Assembly: GCF_000002075.1 (NCBI RefSeq) | Contig: NW_004797760.1 | Coordinates: forward strand, 17,680-81,679 | DNA from: Aplysia californica | Taxonomy: Eukaryota | Reading direction: 5' to 3' | Length of the DNA: 64,000 bases | Shown: piece after piece, positions 62,275 through 64,000 of the stretch | Numbering within the stretch: the first letter of the stretch is position 1 | How the letters are laid out: each line of letters begins with the position of its first letter | Position numbers and translations under genes: made by a program | The notes under the pieces: model-generated | Told to the model about the DNA's origin: nothing | Seen by the model: the letters and a program-made list of their open reading frames with translations, nothing else | Databases searched by the model: none

Positions 62275-63781
62275 GTGCACACACATGCTCACACAAGTAG
62301 GCTTACAATCACATGCATAATATAAATGAGCAGCAATATAAACAATAATAATCGTAAGCTAGAGTATTTAGTAAAAGATTTTGTTTTGTTGTAACCCATG
62401 GACTGACACTTGACACCGGGTGAATTTGGCAAATGAATAAGAAGCCAACTGAAAGGTGTATGGCTCACTCATCACTTTATCTTCATGATTTGTAACATAG
62501 ATTTGTTTAAGATGCATTTTATAATGATAAGTCTCTTAAACTCTGTGGAGCAGCTTATTGATACTCTGATAAATGTCATCTTAAGTCGGTTTGAAAACTG
62601 CTAACTTTTTCATTTTGTTTTTTTTTTAATTTAGAATACTGAAATGCTAATTTCTCTGTTTTGTCTCATGAAGTGAAGAACATGCTGAGTTTTTTAAGAA
62701 AATCTTTGTCTACCTGTTGAACTAATTTTATTAACATTTCAATTTGCATACAACTGAAATTTGATTGTTGTGCACCTTCAGACCTCTACTGCCAGACTAC
62801 CTTCTGGACTTTGGCTTTGTGGTGCTGGGCACGGTGCGCACCCATGTGGTGAGAGCCACCAACACAGGATGGTTCCCCGCCTCCTTCAAACTGGAGCGAC
62901 AGAACATACACGTATCTGGGTTTCACGTCGAGCTGGATCGTGTACGGAATCTGCCTGGAGCCCCAGACAATGAAACTCTGGACTTTGTGGTCAGTTTTGA
63001 CCCTAGGGGAGCTAACCTGCACCTTGGAGCTGTGGAGGTGGTGGTCCCGATCAATGTAAGTAAACAAGTTTTTTTTTCTAAATGCTATTCAATGAGACTT
63101 CCATTCTCTGATGAAAGATTTATCATGTTTAAGTCAATTTTTCCCACTTCCCCCCAGCATTGGTAACTCCAGATACACAAACAGAGAAAAACTGAGATAG
63201 ACTTAGAAATATAGCTCTCTAATAAAATGTGTAGTATTGTGGCTGTAATTTTCCCATGCAGAGATCTGAAAGCACTGAAAGTAGATTCTGGCTTGTGATG
63301 AATATTCCAGTGTGAATAGAAAGGTTTGTCTAGCTTTGAATGGCCTGCATGTTCTCTATGTTATGCTTGACTTCCTTGTTCACAGCTTTATTTCTCCTGA
63401 ATGGAAAATCTCTTACTATTCTACATTAATTCATCTCCCCAGATTGTCAATGGCCCAATGTTGATGATGCGTTTGCGGGCTCACGTGACAATGCCGGACA
63501 TGGAGGTCTCTGATGATGTCCTGGAGTTTGCAGAGGTCAAGTGTGGAGAGTGTAAGGTCATCACTGTACAGCTGCACAACCACCAGATGGTCAAGTGTGA
63601 ATGGGACTCGACCCCAACAGATGACAACAAGAACATCGACAAACACGTGCCCATGCACTTACGCCGCAAGATCAGGCAGGCGAAGAAGAAGCCTCGCATC
63701 TTTGAGGTGCTGCCCCCTACAGGTGTGCTGATGCCTGGTCAGAGGGTGAATGTGCAGGTCAAGTTCATGCCCACAGAAGAG
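28799..63781 (+). CDS. HYDIN: Hydrocephalus-inducing protein (HYDIN), axonemal central-pair protein; 5' part, 34 coding exons (~1895 aa), continues past window
   Basis: Frame-consistent exons: 28799-28942, 29746-29871, 30147-30266, 30637-30771 (GC donor), 31504-31703, 32075-32199, 32806-33007, 33643-33769, 34269-34585, 34926-35108, 35759-35843, 38919-39119, 39679-39785, 40245-40434, 41577-41693, 42348-42500, 43143-43246, 43725-43859, 44727-44862, 45404-45516, 46329-46479, 48803-48937, 49725-49853, 51090-51224, 51878-52150 (or 52144), 53054-53173, 53491-53673, 54535-54744, 55813-55950, 56819-56951, 57787-58028, 61893-62095, 62782-63055, 63443-63781. Recognisable HYDIN motifs: FQPFPSEIYFQNF..EVYEVPLTLRNNDKVPRLVKV, ICITEREKFVVPVRAIGARGILDFPD, YCDITGRESRLPLRIRG, VFDILPLYG..FTFYGH..CEVEGGPTYE, LPDYLLDFGFVVLG, PGQRVNVQVKFMPTEE (tandem ASH/Ig-like domains). 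Confidence 0.95.
34718..34799 (+). mobile_element. Tiny TTAA-type MITE (piggyBac-like), related to 49021-49144
   Basis: TCAA|CACTTTGC...GCAAAGTG|TTAA; internal CCACCTCATCTCGCCGAT shared in reverse with the copy at 49021. Confidence 0.55.
35876..36115 (+). mobile_element. piggyBac-like MITE (degenerate copy)
   Basis: CCCTATCCGTACG...CGTATGGATAGGC; body homologous to 48439-48678. Confidence 0.7.
36434..38528 (+). repeat. Segmental duplication copy 2 inside HYDIN intron 11, ending at a 100-N gap
   Basis: Copy of 25880-27974, including PRELID3 exon 1 (37183-37214, -) and the candidate HYDIN exon 1 donor (38179). Confidence 0.9.
37183..37214 (-). pseudogene. Orphan duplicate of PRELID3 coding exon 1 (MRIWNSEHTF)
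   Basis: Identical to 26629-26660 with intact ATG and GTGAGT donor; may be an assembly artefact. Confidence 0.5.
38629..38865. repeat. (CA)n microsatellite and degenerate CA-rich tract
   Basis: Direct reading. Confidence 0.9.
41363..41546 (+). mobile_element. Short retroposon R180 copy with 14-bp TSD
   Basis: TSD AAATCTTATGTGTG at 41349-41362 and 41547-41560; A-rich tail; the right TSD ends 16 nt before the HYDIN exon starting at 41577. Confidence 0.85.
42856..42916. repeat. (CT)n microsatellite
   Basis: Direct reading. Confidence 0.95.
43916..44083. mobile_element. Degenerate Tc1/mariner-type MITE
   Basis: TA|CAGTGGAAA...ACAGGTTCAACTG|TA ends; a similar end ACAGGTTTGACTGTA occurs near 12986-13000. 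Confidence 0.45.
46460..46757 (+). repeat. 48-bp tandem array (x~6.2) duplicating the 5' splice site of HYDIN exon 21
   Basis: Unit C(T/A)(T/A)C(T/C)TCAGGGTAGACAAG|GTAT(G/A)TGTTGTCTTCATCATCACACTACG; donors at 46480, 46528, 46576, 46624, 46672 and 46720. Confidence 0.95.
47151..47587 (+). mobile_element. MITE with ~34-bp TIRs and 4-bp AWWT TSD (Sola-like)
   Basis: ATTT|GTGAGGCAGCGTGGTGGAATCAGGCTCTCGTCAA...TTGACGAGAGCCTGATTCAACCACGCTGCCTCAC|ATTT. Confidence 0.85.
47656..47801. repeat. 73-bp direct tandem duplication
   Basis: TCTGAGG(T/C)AGTGACTAGGTGTATCC...TGATCATGAGA twice. Confidence 0.9.
47882..48058 (+). mobile_element. Short retroposon R180 copy
   Basis: Family sequence; approximate TSD GGATGTTAGT / GGATGCTAGT. 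Confidence 0.8.
48372..48678 (+). mobile_element. piggyBac-like MITE with duplicated left end
   Basis: TTAA|CCCTATCCGTACG at 48372 and again at 48439; right end CGTACGGGTAGGG|TTAA (48679-48682). Confidence 0.85.
49021..49144 (-). mobile_element. Tiny TTAA-type MITE
   Basis: TTGA|CACTTTGCC...GGCAAAGTG|TTAA. Confidence 0.6.
50200..50452. repeat. 21-bp minisatellite (ATCATTATCTCTCTATATCAC)n
   Basis: Direct reading; explains spurious ORFs 50011 and 50025. Confidence 0.95.
52701..52881 (-). mobile_element. Short retroposon R180 copy with 11-bp TSD
   Basis: TSD AGAAACACTTT at 52690-52700 and 52882-52892. Confidence 0.85.
55023..55456 (+). mobile_element. Sola-like MITE, second copy
   Basis: Same TIRs and body as 47151-47587; flanks AAAT/AAAA. 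Confidence 0.8.
58697..58930 (+). CDS. Candidate alternative (cassette) HYDIN exon, 78 aa, phase 0/0
   Basis: CACAG| acceptor; open purine-rich 234-nt frame (NSRKNSKASAG...QEEGEPYAE); weak donor GAG|GTTCTT. Confidence 0.5.
59935..59994 (+). CDS. Candidate alternative HYDIN micro-exon, 20 aa, phase 0/0
   Basis: TAG|GGTCAAGGAGGT...CCAGAG|GTGATC; encodes GQGGGDTGTVQTPKVNHLPE. Confidence 0.35.
60369..60800 (-). mobile_element. Sola-like MITE, divergent subfamily, opposite orientation
   Basis: Same perfect TIRs; flanks ATTT/GTTT; body is a diverged reverse complement of 47151-47587. Confidence 0.8.
61206..61291. repeat. (ATT/ATC)n microsatellite
   Basis: Direct reading. Confidence 0.95.
62229..62285. 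repeat. (CA)n microsatellite
   Basis: Direct reading. Confidence 0.9.
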
Positions 63782-64000
63782 GTCAGTAAATCATAAAAGT
63801 AGGATCTAAAATGCTGTTTAAGAAAAGAAGTAATTCTATGAATGAGGTTATGATACAATTGAGCAGAATGTAAAATTGCTAAGTTGTAAATTGTAGCAAA
63901 GAGTTTGGTGGTTAGAGTACAAAGGAAAGAAAAGAGTAAACCATTGAAGAGATCTCTGACAAGTTATCTTCCAACTGAAAGTTGACCTATGAATGAAGTA

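Noticed and set aside
1-64000. Hammerhead ribozymes, intronic snoRNAs, autonomous transposase/RT genes
   Set aside because: By-eye search of CTGANGA...GAAA and C/D motifs gave no convincing folds, and no transposase or RT ORF is visible. An Infernal/Rfam and tBLASTn scan would be needed to exclude them.

Overview
AT-rich, intron-rich animal genomic DNA with several N gaps. The repeat content suggests a lophotrochozoan invertebrate such as a gastropod, but this is a weak inference. Three spliced genes can be rebuilt by hand from splice sites and protein similarity. (1) A 4-exon, 178-aa MARVEL-domain plasmolipin/CMTM-like gene (+, 668-6801). (2) A complete 6-exon, 189-aa PRELID3/SLMO-like lipid-transfer gene (-, 26660-17169), whose 32-nt first exon is absent from the ORF track. 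(3) The first 34 coding exons (about 1895 codons) of HYDIN (+, from 28799, running off the window). PRELID3 and HYDIN are head-to-head. Their shared promoter region is bracketed by two inverted copies of one 9-bp-TSD DNA element. A near-identical 2.1-kb copy of that promoter and first-exon cassette sits inside HYDIN intron 11 next to a gap, so it is either a real duplication or an assembly artefact. Also notable are a 48-bp frame-preserving tandem array that gives one HYDIN exon six splice donors, a GC-AG intron, two candidate cassette exons, a short retroposon family with no tRNA head but fixed 5' ends and TSDs, two tRNA-derived SINEs, several MITE families and many satellites. Most ORFs in the supplied track are spurious.
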